Below the pieces are notes generated by a model, which was not told the DNA's origin, did not search any database, and worked only from the letters and a program-made list of their open reading frames with translations. A stretch of DNA of 63,431 nucleotides, the filler included, from Craspedostauros australis (taxonomy: Eukaryota), in assembly GCA_030167865.1 (NCBI GenBank). It is 15 parts of 15 records of this genome, joined end to end, with 100 filler letters (N's around TTAATTAATTAA, not from the genome) between each part and the next. Parts side by side here need not be neighbours in the genome. Positions count along the whole stretch, not along the records: positions 1 to 6,343 come from JALAGF010001661.1; positions 6,444 to 8,362 come from JALAGF010001664.1; positions 8,463 to 9,817 come from JALAGF010001665.1; positions 9,918 to 12,107 come from JALAGF010001666.1; 11 more parts are not named here. One strand, 5' to 3'. Shown here piece by piece: positions 1 to 11,175 of the stretch (position 1 is its first letter; the number at the start of each line of letters is the position of its first letter). Position numbers and translations under genes: made by a program.

Positions 1-1987
1 CGTTTTGGAGGCCAAAGTCCACTAACCAGGTCGTTTTGGTGCCCGACACGATGATTGGATGACTGAAATGGCCGGCGTGTCTCTGCGACAACATCGAAAA
101 TATTAGTTTAGCCGTGAAGTAAACACATCAACCGTGTCCCTGTCTAGTAGTGTAGAGTACTCCAGTTTTTGATGGTGTTGATGAATCCTGTTCTGCGGAA
201 TACGAAGAGAGGGTTAAACCAACTATATTGCATACTGACATCGGTCATGGGCATGTACCTACCTTGGGACGGTCCAGATCCAGCTGCAACGAGTGATAAA
301 TCTCATATAGCCAGTTCTCATGATACCGTTCGGTCACTGTGTGTACTATGTTGGTCATATGTGCATGCAAAATGTCAAGCATACTTGATTGTAACGACTC
401 CACCACTCCGAGAACACCTCAATGAGTACAGTCACGAAGTATGAGGTCTCCAGTCCATCTGGAAGGCATCCATATCTGAGAATCTAGATATCATGTAGTG
501 TTGGTGACAGTACTATGAGCTACGCACCATAATGTACAGTAGATTGCCCAAATGTGCATATAAATGTCAATCACAATCTAATCCAACCCTGTGACCACTT
601 CCAACACACTCCAAAGGATCTGGTGACGAAGTATGAGGTCTTAGATCCATCTGGAAGGCATCCATATCTTAGAATCTAGATTTCGAGTGGTGCTGTTAGT
701 GACAGTACTACGAGCTACGCACCATAGTGTACAGTAGATTGTCAAAATGTGCCTATAAATGTCAATCACAATGAAATCCAGCCTGGCGCGCACTTACAAC
801 ACACTCCAAAGCGTCTGGTCACGAAGTATGAGGTGTCCAGTCCATCTGGAAGGTATTCAAATCGATGGATCTAGATTTTGTGTCGTGCTGTGGGTGGCAG
901 TACTGTGAGCCACGCACCATACTGTACAGTAGATTGTCAAAATGTGCATATAGATGTCAATCACAATCAAATCCAACCCGGCGCGCACTTACAACACACC
1001 CCAAAGGATCTGGCCATGAAGTATGAGGTCTCCAGTCCATCTGGAAGATAGTCAAATCTGAGAATCTAGAATTTGTGTGGTGCTGTGGGTGACAGTACTA
1101 CGACCTACGCATCAGGCTGGACTGGCCTTCCACACGGATACCCTGCGAACGCATCCAAGCCCTCATACTTCGTGGCCAGATCCTTTGGAGTGTGTTGTAA
1201 TTGGGTGCCAGGTTGAATTTGATTCCGGTCGACATTTTCTATGCACATTTTGACAATCTACTGTACGGTTCGATGCGTAGCTCATAGTACTGTCACCCAC
1301 AGCACCACACAAAATCTAGATCCATCGATTTGAACACCTTCCAGATGGACTGGAGACCTCATACTTCGTGGCCAGACGCTTTGGAGTGTGTTGTAAGTGA
1401 GCGACAGGTTGGATTTGATTGTGATTGACATTTTCCATGCACATATGGGAAATCTACTGTACAGTATGGTGCATAGCTCGCAGTACTGTCACCCACAGCA
1501 CCACTCGAAATCTAGATTCTCGGATTTGACTACCTTCCAGACGGATCTAAGACCTCATACTTCGTGACCAGATCCTTTGGAGTGTGTTGGAAGTGGGCGC
1601 CGAGTTGGATTTGATTGTGATTGACATTTTGTATGCACATATGACCAACTCATTACACACAGTGACCGAATGACAGCACATGAACTGACTAAATGAAATC
1701 TGAATCTCCTTGCAGTTGGATGTAGCTGTTCCAAGGTAGGTACATGCCAATGGCTGATGTTAGTATGCAATCGATATTAGCTGGTTTGACCCTCTGCTCA
1801 ACAGGATTCATCGACAACATCATAAACTAGACTACTTTCCACTGTTCTGCAGTGAAATGTTTGTGTTGGCTTCGTGGCTAAATTATTAGTTTCGCCGTTG
1901 TCACAGGGACGCGCCGGCCAAAATTCCGGCCATTGTGATTGGCCAATACCAAAACGACCTGGTTAGTGGACTTTGGCCTCCAAAACG
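1..1987. mobile_element. Foldback-type non-autonomous element: long inverted arms containing about 195-bp tandem subrepeats
   Basis: Bases 1-40 are the exact reverse complement of 1948-1987. The marker GAAGTATGAGG recurs at 436, 628, 823 and 1018 on +, and its reverse complement CCTCATACTTC at 1161, 1357 and 1553. The symmetry centre is at about 1110-1160. There is no credible ORF. The left end is cut by the window start. Confidence 0.8.
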
Positions 1988-2414
1988 ACCTGGTTAGTGA
2001 ATTTCCTCAAAACAAATCAGCTTGTGTATCCGAAGGTCATTGCGATTGGTCATCACTAGCTTTGCGAACAAAGACCGAAGCCAAAACCAACTCAAACCAT
2101 ACCACAAACATAACCGATACGGTCATTGTCAGTTCGTCCAATGGCAGGGGCTGTGATCTCAGCAAAACAAGTCACACAAAAAACAGTCCAACCGTGTTTT
2201 TGCGCATAAGCGTGAAGACATCAACACCGCGAAAAGAACACGACACGACGGAAAGTCCTGCACTTTTTCGATACGGACGAAAAGGTGGCATGCCCGCTGC
2301 TGATGGGCATTGCCATCAACGAAGATGACATCTGACGTATCCCACAACTCATCCTGTGATGTCTGCCAGTGTCCGAATTCTTCGCATTAACTTGTCATAA
2401 TCCCAAAGCTTGTC

Positions 2415-5400
2415 ATGGACGGCCATCTCAACAACTCGACAACGACAATAACGACAAGCACAACATCCACACCAGCAATGAACGCAACAACGAAGGCAAC
2501 CATGAAGGCAACAATGAACACAGCGACAGCGTCAACGACATCGACGCCAACGATCGCAACAGCGTCGGCCACGGCGCCGCACCTCTCGTTCGACAAGGTC
2601 GGTCTCGTCGGACGTGACAAGGAGATCCGCATTCTGCGCAACGCCATCCAAAACCAATCTTGGACGGGGCGGAATGCACCATCTTCCGACGAAGAACCCG
2701 CAGTCAGCCATCACAAGAAGCAATTCTCGACGACGAATCCAGGCGCCACCGATAACGCCGCCACCGACAGCTCCTCCACCAGCAGCGGTAGTGACAGCCG
2801 CAGCGACAGCCGCAGCGATTACGCAGAAACGAACTGCTCGTCCCCAGCACCATCTTTCATCCAACGCCAGATTCGATCATTGGTGCTGATCTCTGGCCAA
2901 TCGGGAAGCGGCAAGTCGGCGCTCGTCCGCCATGTGCGCGACAGCCTCCTGCCTCCAACAGCACCCCCCGGCAACCACGACGAAGCCAGCCATGCCACCA
3001 CAGAAGCTGTCACCACCAACAACACCGATGCAAGCAAATGCTTCCGTGGCTTCTTCGCCGCCGGGAAATGCGAGCTGTCCACCAAGAAGGAAGGTGTTCC
3101 GTACGCTGGCATCCAATCAGCCATGATGGAGCTGTGCGAGCAAGTGGTAAGCAGAGCTCAATCTGAGATGAAAGCGTCTACCGGCCACAAATCCGGCGCG
3201 CAGATCTCCGGAGCCAAACCACGGACACTTGCATCGTTGGTGTCGAAAGGACTGACGTCCGCAGAGCTCGAGCTGCTCTCTCACGTCATCCCAAACATCG
3301 ACACCATCATGGCTCTGAGAACGTCCTACCCATCCGCCGGCGGAATCAATCTTGGGTCTGTCACATCATCTCCATCATCTCTACCTCATGCTTCCGATGC
3401 TTCCATCTCTATCTCCACGTTCAGTCGTGTGGCAGGAGCAGGATCTTCCGTCAATTACAAGAACCACACACAACGAATCACGTACATGCTCCGGAGGTTC
3501 ATGCAGATCCTCTGCAGCTACTGCCCCGTGGTGATGGTCATCGATGATCTGCAATGGGCCGATCGAGCATCATTGAGCCTCATTCAATCCTGGCTGATGG
3601 ACAGCCGCAGTGCCTCACTCACCATCATTGGTCTGTATCGCTCGAACATGCTCGATGTCAATCAGGGTCTCAAGGCGATGTTGATGTCATTGGAAGAGTC
3701 GAAGAGAGAGAGGTCCATCCGAATCGTCAAGCTCTCTGTCGAGGACTTGAGCGTTGATGGGGTCGCCGAGTACCTGCAACGGCTTTTCTACGTGTCATCG
3801 CATCAGGAAGATGATGGTGATTATCTTGAAGCCAAATCGTCGCTTGCACACTTTCTGCCGTTGGCTCAGGTCGTGCATGCCAAGACCGGAGGCAATATGT
3901 TCTTCATCCAGCAGTTCCTCGACTCTCTCGTGACGGATGGTTTCATCACCATCAATCCAACTCCAACTGCAACTGCAACAGCAACTCCATCAGCAACAAC
4001 CATGGTGGCATCGGATGATACCGATCACCAATCGCCATGGACCTGGGACATCAACGCAATCACATCCAACTCAACGACTTCCGGCGACAACATCATGGAC
4101 CTCATGAAGACGAGACTTCGAAAGTCCGCATCCGAGCACTGGGTGCTGTCCATTGCGGCCTGTCTCGGGGCGACATTCTCTGCTTCGCACGTATGTGCAG
4201 TCATCGCAGGTCTCTTCATCCATTCCAGCCACTCCAAGTTCTTCCGCGAGGTTTTCCAAGTCACGAAGATGACGAAAGAGGCAGAGATCATGATCATGCT
4301 CAAGACGTTCTGTTCGGAAACGTTGATCGAGAAGGTCAAATCATCACGTACTCGTTCGAACCGCTCTGCATCAACCGATGAGAGCTCCCGGCGAATGTCC
4401 AACACGAACAAGACCGCCAACGCCAACGGCACAAACACAAGCACAAACACGAAGCGATCCAAGTCCCTCCAGTACTCCTTCATCCACGACAAGGTCCAAG
4501 AAGCCGCGCTGTCCATGATACCAACCGATGACCAGCTCACAGAGCTCAAGTATCGTGTCGGTGAGATCTTGCTGTACGCACTGTCCGATGTTGAGCTCGG
4601 CGACAAGATCTTCATGATCGCCAACCTCCTCAATACGAGGCCCGATCTCATGCCCAGCCATCGAAAGCTGGATCGCCGAATGAAGATCATCATGCTCAAC
4701 CACAAGGCCGGCCAGCAGGCTGCCAACGCATCGGCCTTCCATCTGGCATCTTCGTACTTCACCATGGCAATCGACCTCCTCCCCGACAACCACTGGGAGA
4801 TGCTGGCCGAGCAAAGCCTGGAGCTGTACTCATCGGCGGCAGAGAGTCATTTCGTTGCCACCAACTTCGCCACGGCACAATCGTACTGCGAGGCCATCAT
4901 CAATCAGGACTACGACATAATGAGCAAAGTGCGTGCATACCACGTGCTGATCGACATCACCTCTGCCGGAATGCACGGTGCCGGTGGAGAGGGACCTGTG
5001 GATAGGTGTCTAGATCTACTGTCCCAGCTCGGCTGCACTCTTCCATCATCGAGCTTTGGCCAAGCGATCTACGTCCTTCGAGGCCTGATGACGGCGAAGA
5101 GCACCATCCGGCGGCTGGAGACAGAACTGGGACACAACCTTTCGTTATCGAAAGATGAAAACCAGGAGGCCATCATGAAGACATTGGACAAGCTCAGCAC
5201 GATATCATACGTCAATGCACCTGAGTTGATTCCTCTGGTGGTAGTGAAGGCTTTGAGGTTGAGCTTGAAACTGGGAATCATGACGCATTCAGCATCCATG
5301 TTAACCTTCCAGGGTGTCCTCATTGCTTTCCTTCTCGAGGACATCGACTTGACCTACAAATGCGGACGCATGGCATTGAAGATCATGAAAGCATCGGATG

Positions 5401-6341
5401 ATCGCAGTTTGGATGGAAAGATCGAGTTGAACTACTACGGGTGCCTGCATCATTGGAGACATCCGCTTGCGGAGAGCTTCGAGGGAGTCCTGGAGGCATC
5501 CAGATTGGGTATGTCGACTGGCGATGTAGAATCAGCAGCTTGGTCATTGTACTGCTATATCTTGGTGGGCTTATGCATAGGGAAGCCACTTGCGTCCCTC
5601 GATAAAGATGCATCCATCCATTCGAATACCATCAGAGACTTCCAACAAACCGCACAATACGAAGCAAACTTGGTGGCATGGCAGAGTACCTTGAACCTTC
5701 GAGGCGCCTCCAATCACACCACGAAGCTCATCGGAGACGCTTTCGACGAGACCGAGCAGATGTTCGAGGAGGGCTATTCAATGACAGTCGCGCAGGATCG
5801 AGTGAAAGCAATACATAAGCTGTACCTTGCGATGTACTTTGGAGAATATCAGCTTGGATCAGACATTGGGATCAGATCCTGCCTCAAGTGGCTCAAGGAG
5901 GCACCATCCAGTTGTAACCTTTATGCAGCGCTATTCCAAAGTGCCCTTTGCTGCTTCTGCATGGCCCACGAAAACAACCCATCGCACTACACCAAGCACG
6001 CTCGCAAGTTCTTGAAGGTGCTGAAACGATGGCAGAAGAAAGGAAATCCTAACTGCGAGCACTACATCACGTTGCTGGAAGCGGAGGCGTCCTTTTTGAA
6101 GAAGAGAGACGAAAGAGCACCAACGCAATACGAAGAGGCGATCCGGATGATGCGCGAGCGCAAGTATACTCACGACGAGGCGCTTGCGAATGAGAGGTAC
6201 TCAGCGTTCCTAGCGAGCAGAGGTGAAAAAGAGGAAGCAAAAGCCCGCCTGCAGGAGTCCATCCGTCTGTACAAAGAGTGGGGCGCCAACAAGAAAGTTG
6301 ATATGCTGGTGCAGAAGCATCACGTGCTCCAGTATCGATAG
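2415..6341 (+). CDS. STAND-class AAA ATPase with helical/TPR-like C-terminus (COG3899 / AAA_16-like), 1308 aa
   Basis: LVGRDKE entry motif, Walker A ISGQSGSGKS, FAAGKC, Walker B VVMVIDDLQWAD, TGGNMFFIQQFL, FIHDKVQEAA, LNHKAG, and C-terminal HDEALANER...YKEWGANKKV. Intronless ORF from ATG to TAG. Confidence 0.85.
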   Translation: MDGHLNNSTTTITTSTTSTPAMNATTKATMKATMNTATASTTSTPTIATASATAPHLSFDKVGLVGRDKEIRILRNAIQNQSWTGRNAPSSDEEPAVSHHKKQFSTTNPGATDNAATDSSSTSSGSDSRSDSRSDYAETNCSSPAPSFIQRQIRSLVLISGQSGSGKSALVRHVRDSLLPPTAPPGNHDEASHATTEAVTTNNTDASKCFRGFFAAGKCELSTKKEGVPYAGIQSAMMELCEQVVSRAQSEMKASTGHKSGAQISGAKPRTLASLVSKGLTSAELELLSHVIPNIDTIMALRTSYPSAGGINLGSVTSSPSSLPHASDASISISTFSRVAGAGSSVNYKNHTQRITYMLRRFMQILCSYCPVVMVIDDLQWADRASLSLIQSWLMDSRSASLTIIGLYRSNMLDVNQGLKAMLMSLEESKRERSIRIVKLSVEDLSVDGVAEYLQRLFYVSSHQEDDGDYLEAKSSLAHFLPLAQVVHAKTGGNMFFIQQFLDSLVTDGFITINPTPTATATATPSATTMVASDDTDHQSPWTWDINAITSNSTTSGDNIMDLMKTRLRKSASEHWVLSIAACLGATFSASHVCAVIAGLFIHSSHSKFFREVFQVTKMTKEAEIMIMLKTFCSETLIEKVKSSRTRSNRSASTDESSRRMSNTNKTANANGTNTSTNTKRSKSLQYSFIHDKVQEAALSMIPTDDQLTELKYRVGEILLYALSDVELGDKIFMIANLLNTRPDLMPSHRKLDRRMKIIMLNHKAGQQAANASAFHLASSYFTMAIDLLPDNHWEMLAEQSLELYSSAAESHFVATNFATAQSYCEAIINQDYDIMSKVRAYHVLIDITSAGMHGAGGEGPVDRCLDLLSQLGCTLPSSSFGQAIYVLRGLMTAKSTIRRLETELGHNLSLSKDENQEAIMKTLDKLSTISYVNAPELIPLVVVKALRLSLKLGIMTHSASMLTFQGVLIAFLLEDIDLTYKCGRMALKIMKASDDRSLDGKIELNYYGCLHHWRHPLAESFEGVLEASRLGMSTGDVESAAWSLYCYILVGLCIGKPLASLDKDASIHSNTIRDFQQTAQYEANLVAWQSTLNLRGASNHTTKLIGDAFDETEQMFEEGYSMTVAQDRVKAIHKLYLAMYFGEYQLGSDIGIRSCLKWLKEAPSSCNLYAALFQSALCCFCMAHENNPSHYTKHARKFLKVLKRWQKKGNPNCEHYITLLEAEASFLKKRDERAPTQYEEAIRMMRERKYTHDEALANERYSAFLASRGEKEEAKARLQESIRLYKEWGANKKVDMLVQKHHVLQYR

Positions 6342-6343
6342 AT

Positions 6344-6443
6344 NNNNNNNNNNNNNNNNNNNNNNNNNNNNNNNNNNNNNNNNNNNNTTAATTAATTAAN
6401 NNNNNNNNNNNNNNNNNNNNNNNNNNNNNNNNNNNNNNNNNNN
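6344..6443. other. Artificial contig linker (44 N + TTAATTAATTAA + 44 N), with 13 further copies at about 8363, 9818, 12108, 13923, 44528, 46034, 50035, 53459, 54655, 56235, 58663, 60443 and 62042
   Basis: Identical 100-bp structure each time. TTAATTAATTAA places stop codons in all six frames, and unrelated sequence lies on either side. Confidence 0.97.
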
Positions 6444-8281
6444 CCTTGGTGGGCCCGATCAATACCTTGGAGAGTTCCCTTACAGGGTTCGCGATATCTG
6501 GTCGCGAGTGCTTGATGAGGAAGAGTACCATACCGACGCCTCGGCAATATTCGGCATGTTCTTCTGGTCCGACCTTCTGCAGTCGGTTATCTTCGGATGG
6601 TCGTACGATGATTTGACCCGGGGTTCCCAGTGTTGCGTAGCGTTGCATCTTCTCAACCTTGGTTCCAAACTCTTCGATGAGATGTCGGATGAGATGTGGT
6701 TGACGCAATGTCGCTCTGGTCTTGTCATGGTTTAGTTTGATGTTGCAGCTGAGGTAATCTCCAAGTCCGCGCTCGATTGTCACCTTGAACTTGCTGCCTT
6801 GGATGTCCTTCAGGAATGTCTCCAGTGCCTTGGAGTCTCCGCAGCAGAAGCAGTCGTCCACGTAGATGGCCACGATCGTACTTCCTTCGTTTGTCTTCCT
6901 GTAGAACAGGCACGGATCTGCTGCGCTCTGTTCGAAGTTGATATTCTTGAGGGTCGATACCAACATCTTGAACCACTGCCTGGCGCTCTGCACAAGTCCA
7001 TAGATTGGCTTATGTAGGGTCAGAGCTTCGTCTGGTTGATGATCCATCCCATTGGGACAGTTCATATAGATCTCCTCGTCGAGGTCTCCGTGTAGGAATG
7101 CCGTTACAACATCGATGAGTGCGCAGTCCATCTTCTTGATCAGCATAGTCACCATCATGACCCGATAGGTCACATCATGGATGACGGGTGAGTAATGCTC
7201 TTGGAAGTCTACTCCTGCGACTTGTGAATAGCCACATGCAACGAGCCGCGCTCGATGTGTGCCNTCACGCTTCAGCTTGAAGACCCATTTGCACTTGCAG
7301 CATCTGCGGCCGCGTGGAATGGCGTCTCGTTTGATCTTGCTGTACACTTTTTGTGTATCCATGGAGTTGAACTCCTTCTTGATGGCTGCTCGATATCCCT
7401 TTCGATGGATGGGATCTGGGTGATTGAAGGCTCCATCGAATGTCGTTGGTTCGATGTGCTTCTCTGGTTCCTTGTTCTTGTCCTGCATCGACAGTCCGAT
7501 GTCGATCGCTGGTGCTTCAGTGATGATTGCATTCATCCCGTATAGTCCTGTTGTGCTATGATGGGTAATCTCGATCTCTTCTTCTCCGTCTACGATTTCT
7601 TCGTCATCTGTAGTTTCGTTGTTGGATTCGTCAGTTATCTCATCACTCAGTTCGTCACTATCGTCATTGGATGATGACTTGCTCTCATAACCCTCTTCCT
7701 CTCGACCTTATTCGTTGAAGTCTGCGAGCTCACGCAGAGCTCTGGGAATGCTCTTCCCTGTGGTTGGCTTGGGATTAGCTTCTCCCTTCCTGCCTCGTGC
7801 TTCGTGACATCGGATTCTCTCCTTTCTAGCTATGTCATGCTTGCTTGGTTTGCTTGGTGGAGGTCTGGATGGTGTGTCATGTGTAGACCTTGCTGGTGTG
7901 TTCGGAGGAGTGATGTCTGTATCATCTTCGTCTTCGTCGCCGAATGGTGTGATCTCGTCATCCTCATGATTGGATTCGTTCCGATCTTCGTCGTCGTTAT
8001 AGACTTGTTGGGTTACTGCTCCATCGTCCTCATCATCCTCATCATCGCTGTCTGATAGGATGTGATACTTGTTCATGTTGGCGAAAGACACTCTCTTCGC
8101 TTCTGATGTTCGACGCGTTGCCGTCCTTGGCATTGCTCCCTTCCGTCCGATGGTCGTGAAGCCGTCTGCGTCCGTTGTTCCTGCTTCGTTGGATATGTTT
8201 GGTGCTGGTGCCCAGCCACGGAACTGTCCGTATGATTGGTTGAGCCATTTGATATCACGTGAGCAGATCAGTGACTTGGTT
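6444..8281 (-). mobile_element. Ty1/Copia pol fragment (post-integrase linker + RVT_2 reverse transcriptase), disrupted
   Basis: CKWVFKLK..RARLVACGYSQVAGVDF..YSPV, DVVTAFLHGDLDEEIYM, IYGLVQSARQW, DPCLF, catalytic YVDD, and SRPDIA. ICSRDIKW occurs near 8245-8270. There is an in-frame TAA at 7708-7710. Confidence 0.93.
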
Positions 8282-8362
8282 TGTTAGGAATTGAGGGTAC
8301 GACTTTGTCGGAATACCCGTAATTGCCGCACCTCCCAACATTGTTCGTCACAGCTTTGAATA
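8282..8362 (+). mobile_element. LTR start (TGTTAGGAAT... family) nested in the Copia pol
   Basis: Begins with TGT exactly where the pol frame stops. Shares the GGAAT...ATTGCCGCACCTCCC module with the LTRs at 44037 and 49390. Confidence 0.65.
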
Positions 8363-9210
8363 NNNNNNNNNNNNNNNNNNNNNNNNNNNNNNNNNNNNNN
8401 NNNNNNTTAATTAATTAANNNNNNNNNNNNNNNNNNNNNNNNNNNNNNNNNNNNNNNNNNNNCGATGGCACTCTGAATCTCCTGCACGGTGATGCCGTTC
8501 TGGCGCAACCGCACATGCCGTTGCTGCGGCGTCAATGGTTGCAACGCGTTGCGTCTATTGTTGAGCAGCGACGTCGTCATGGAACACAGCACCGAGGATC
8601 GGCGGCGCGGCGGCGATCGCGAGGAGTCGTTGAGAACAGCAGTGTACTCTCGGCTCGGTTCCCACTGCATCGTCAGCGGCGGTCCNNNNNNNNNNNNNNN
8701 NNNNNNNNNNNNNNNNNNNNNNNNNNNNNNNNNNNNNNNNNNNNNNNNNNNNNNNNNNNNNNNNNNNNNNNNNNNNNNNNNNNNNNNNNNNNNNNNNNNN
8801 NNNNNNNNNNNNNNNNNNNNNNNNNNNNNNNNNNNNNNNNNNNNNNNNNNNNNNNNNNNNNNNNNNNNNNNNNNNNNNNNNNNNNNNNNNNNNNNNNNNN
8901 NNNNNNNNNNNNNNNNNNNNNNNNNNNNNNNNNNNNNNNNNNNNNNNNNNNNNNNNNNNNNNNNNNNNNNNNNNNTGTCCATTCCAGTCATTTGCGGTGG
9001 TGCAGCGGGAGTGTCCAACATTGTCAACACTGAGAGAGGTTCTATCATTGTCGTCATGCCTGTCCTGTTGTGCTCAGTCGCAGTAGTATGTCTGAGTATG
9101 TTTGTGTGTGTGATGCTATGTGATGCTATCATATGCAGTGCTATGTAGAATAGTGCTCTATTCAATGCTGTGCAATGCAATGTAATGCAATGTAATGTAA
9201 GGTATTGTTG

Positions 9211-9581
9211 TGATGAATGGAAGCTCCGAATGGCATACGAACTGCAGATCGTAGTTGATGCACCAACGATAACGCTAGAGAGCGAGTTTTAGGGTCAAAC
9301 GAGTCGCGTAGCTCGTATTGGTCAAAGATTCTGTGACCGTACAGTCACAAGCAACCGAGGCGGAATGTTTGTGGCTGAAACAACACAGGGGAAAAACAAA
9401 CAAACAGAGCATGTGTCTTTGTTGGATTCATGGCATGTGGTCACAATCTGGTTCACAACAAGGAGTGTATCAGCAATACACCAACAACAGATAAGCAATA
9501 GAAGACTGTCATCTGTGTGCCTGCGAGTGCTTCATTTCGTGTCCTGAGCACGCAAGCAAGCCAGAATCATTCGGTTTATCA
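9211..9581 (+). mobile_element. Putative 5' LTR (371 bp, TG...CA) of a diatom-type Copia element
   Basis: The termini TGATGAATGGAA and TTCGGTTTATCA form a 9/12 inverted repeat. A gag-like ORF begins about 146 bp downstream. Confidence 0.55.
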
Positions 9582-9727
9582 GTTGCTTCGCTCTGCGATT
9601 TGGAACCAGTGACGGCAGGAGCGACGGCTCGAAGAAGTCAGGTCACTTGGGAGCTCAAAGGACTCACGGATTGATCATCCAAGTGAGGGTGTCCAGCAGC
9701 GGCAGTACCGGCTGACCACCACACAGC

Positions 9728-9817
9728 ATGGCAATCACACTGACCCAGATCTTCACCTGGTTGGGGTTTGACTCGATTCCCCACCGCAACATCGTTCGCG
9801 ACGACTTCGTGCCGCAG
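9728..9817 (+). CDS. N-terminus of putative retrotransposon gag (truncated by contig end)
   Basis: MAITLTQIFTWLGFDSIPHRNIVRDDFVPQ is open to the contig end. Its position after the putative LTR and the WxGF motif recall diatom Copia gag starts. Confidence 0.4.
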
Positions 9818-9917
9818 NNNNNNNNNNNNNNNNNNNNNNNNNNNNNNNNNNNNNNNNNNNNTTAATTAATTAANNNNNNNNNNNNNNNNNNNNNNNNNNN
9901 NNNNNNNNNNNNNNNNN

Positions 9918-10043
9918 CCCTAACCCTAACCCTAACCCTAACCCTAACCCTAACCCTAACCCTAACCCTAACCCTAACCCTAACCCTAACCCTAACCCTC
10001 ACCCTAACCCTAACCCTAACCCTAACCCTAACCCTAACCCTAA
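9918..10043 (+). repeat. Telomeric repeat (CCCTAA)21, i.e. TTAGGG type, at a chromosome end
   Basis: Hexamer array at the very start of the contig with the C-rich strand 5'. One CCCTCA variant at 9996-10001. Confidence 0.96.
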
Positions 10044-10640
10044 TTATAGCCCTAATATGGTCCACAGGTGCAACCAATCAAACCCTAATGTACGAGGATT
10101 TAACACGGTGACGTACGACGGCCAGACCGAAGTTTGGGTCGATTGACGGACGACGTACAGACGTTTGTATGGGCACGCAATACACATGGTCGAAGGACGG
10201 ACGTTTTTGTATGGAAAATGTCGATGATCCGCAACTCCCCGAAAGTGCGGACGAATGTTCATCATCCACAACTCCCAAACAACACGAGATACTACGAGCC
10301 ACGCGATACACCGTGTAAAACATGTACAGCACGCTACACCGTGATGTACACATGTTCACGTACATCTATGTGTACACACACATGCAGCGTGTCCATACGT
10401 ACACGTCAACACTTCTACCATCTTCAATGGACCTCTACAACGTGTGATATTGATGATCAAAGTACTCAACATCAACCACTACGTGCAATACACAGTGTCA
10501 TGTACATGTATGCACACACACGTGTTCACCATGACCATACACACATGTGACAACAAGAACCACACTCTGAATCGACTTGGTGATGGAGATAGTGATGCAT
10601 GAGTACAACACAAACAACATGTGATAACACGTGCCACCAC

Positions 10641-11175
10641 GTTAATGTGAGATGAACATCGTCAATGTGTGATGAACAACGTTAATGTGAGATGAACATC
10701 GTCAATGGCAAATGAACTATCTGTCAACATCAAATGAACTATCTGTCAACATCAAATGAACTATTGTTAACACATTCCAACTACNGGAGGATGGCACAAG
10801 TCCCATGAAATGGCTGACTTGTGGGGGAGGAGGGGGAAGTCAACACCATCAACTGTGATACTCACACATCCACGTGCTCACACACACACACACACTGCCA
10901 CACGTTACAACCAGCCACAACATGCAACAACACGTGAGACCGTGATGCAACAGTCAACACCAAATGAACTATTGTCAACACCATTCCAACTACTGGAGGA
11001 TGGCACAAGTCCCATGAAATGGCTGACTTGTGGGGGAGGAGGGGGAAGTCAACACCATCAACTGTGATACTCACACATCCACNTGCTCACACNCACNCAC
11101 ACACACACACTGCCACACCGTACAACCAGCCACAACACACAACAACACGTGAGACCGTGATGCAACAGTCAACAC
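10641..11175 (+). repeat. Subtelomeric repeats: about 20-22-bp minisatellites followed by a 209-bp direct duplication
   Basis: GTTAATGTGAGATGAACATC-type units at 10641-10705 and AAATGAACTATCTGTCAACATC units at 10710-10770. ATGGCTGACTTGTGGGGGAGG occurs at both 10810 and 11019. Confidence 0.85.

Noticed and set aside
6388..6399. Recurrent TTAATTAATTAA palindrome, and ORFs ending in ...XXXLIN
   Set aside because: Artificial scaffold linker. ORFs running into it and any gene neighbourhood across it are artefacts.
9862..10077. ORF with (RV)n
   Set aside because: Translation of the telomeric repeat.
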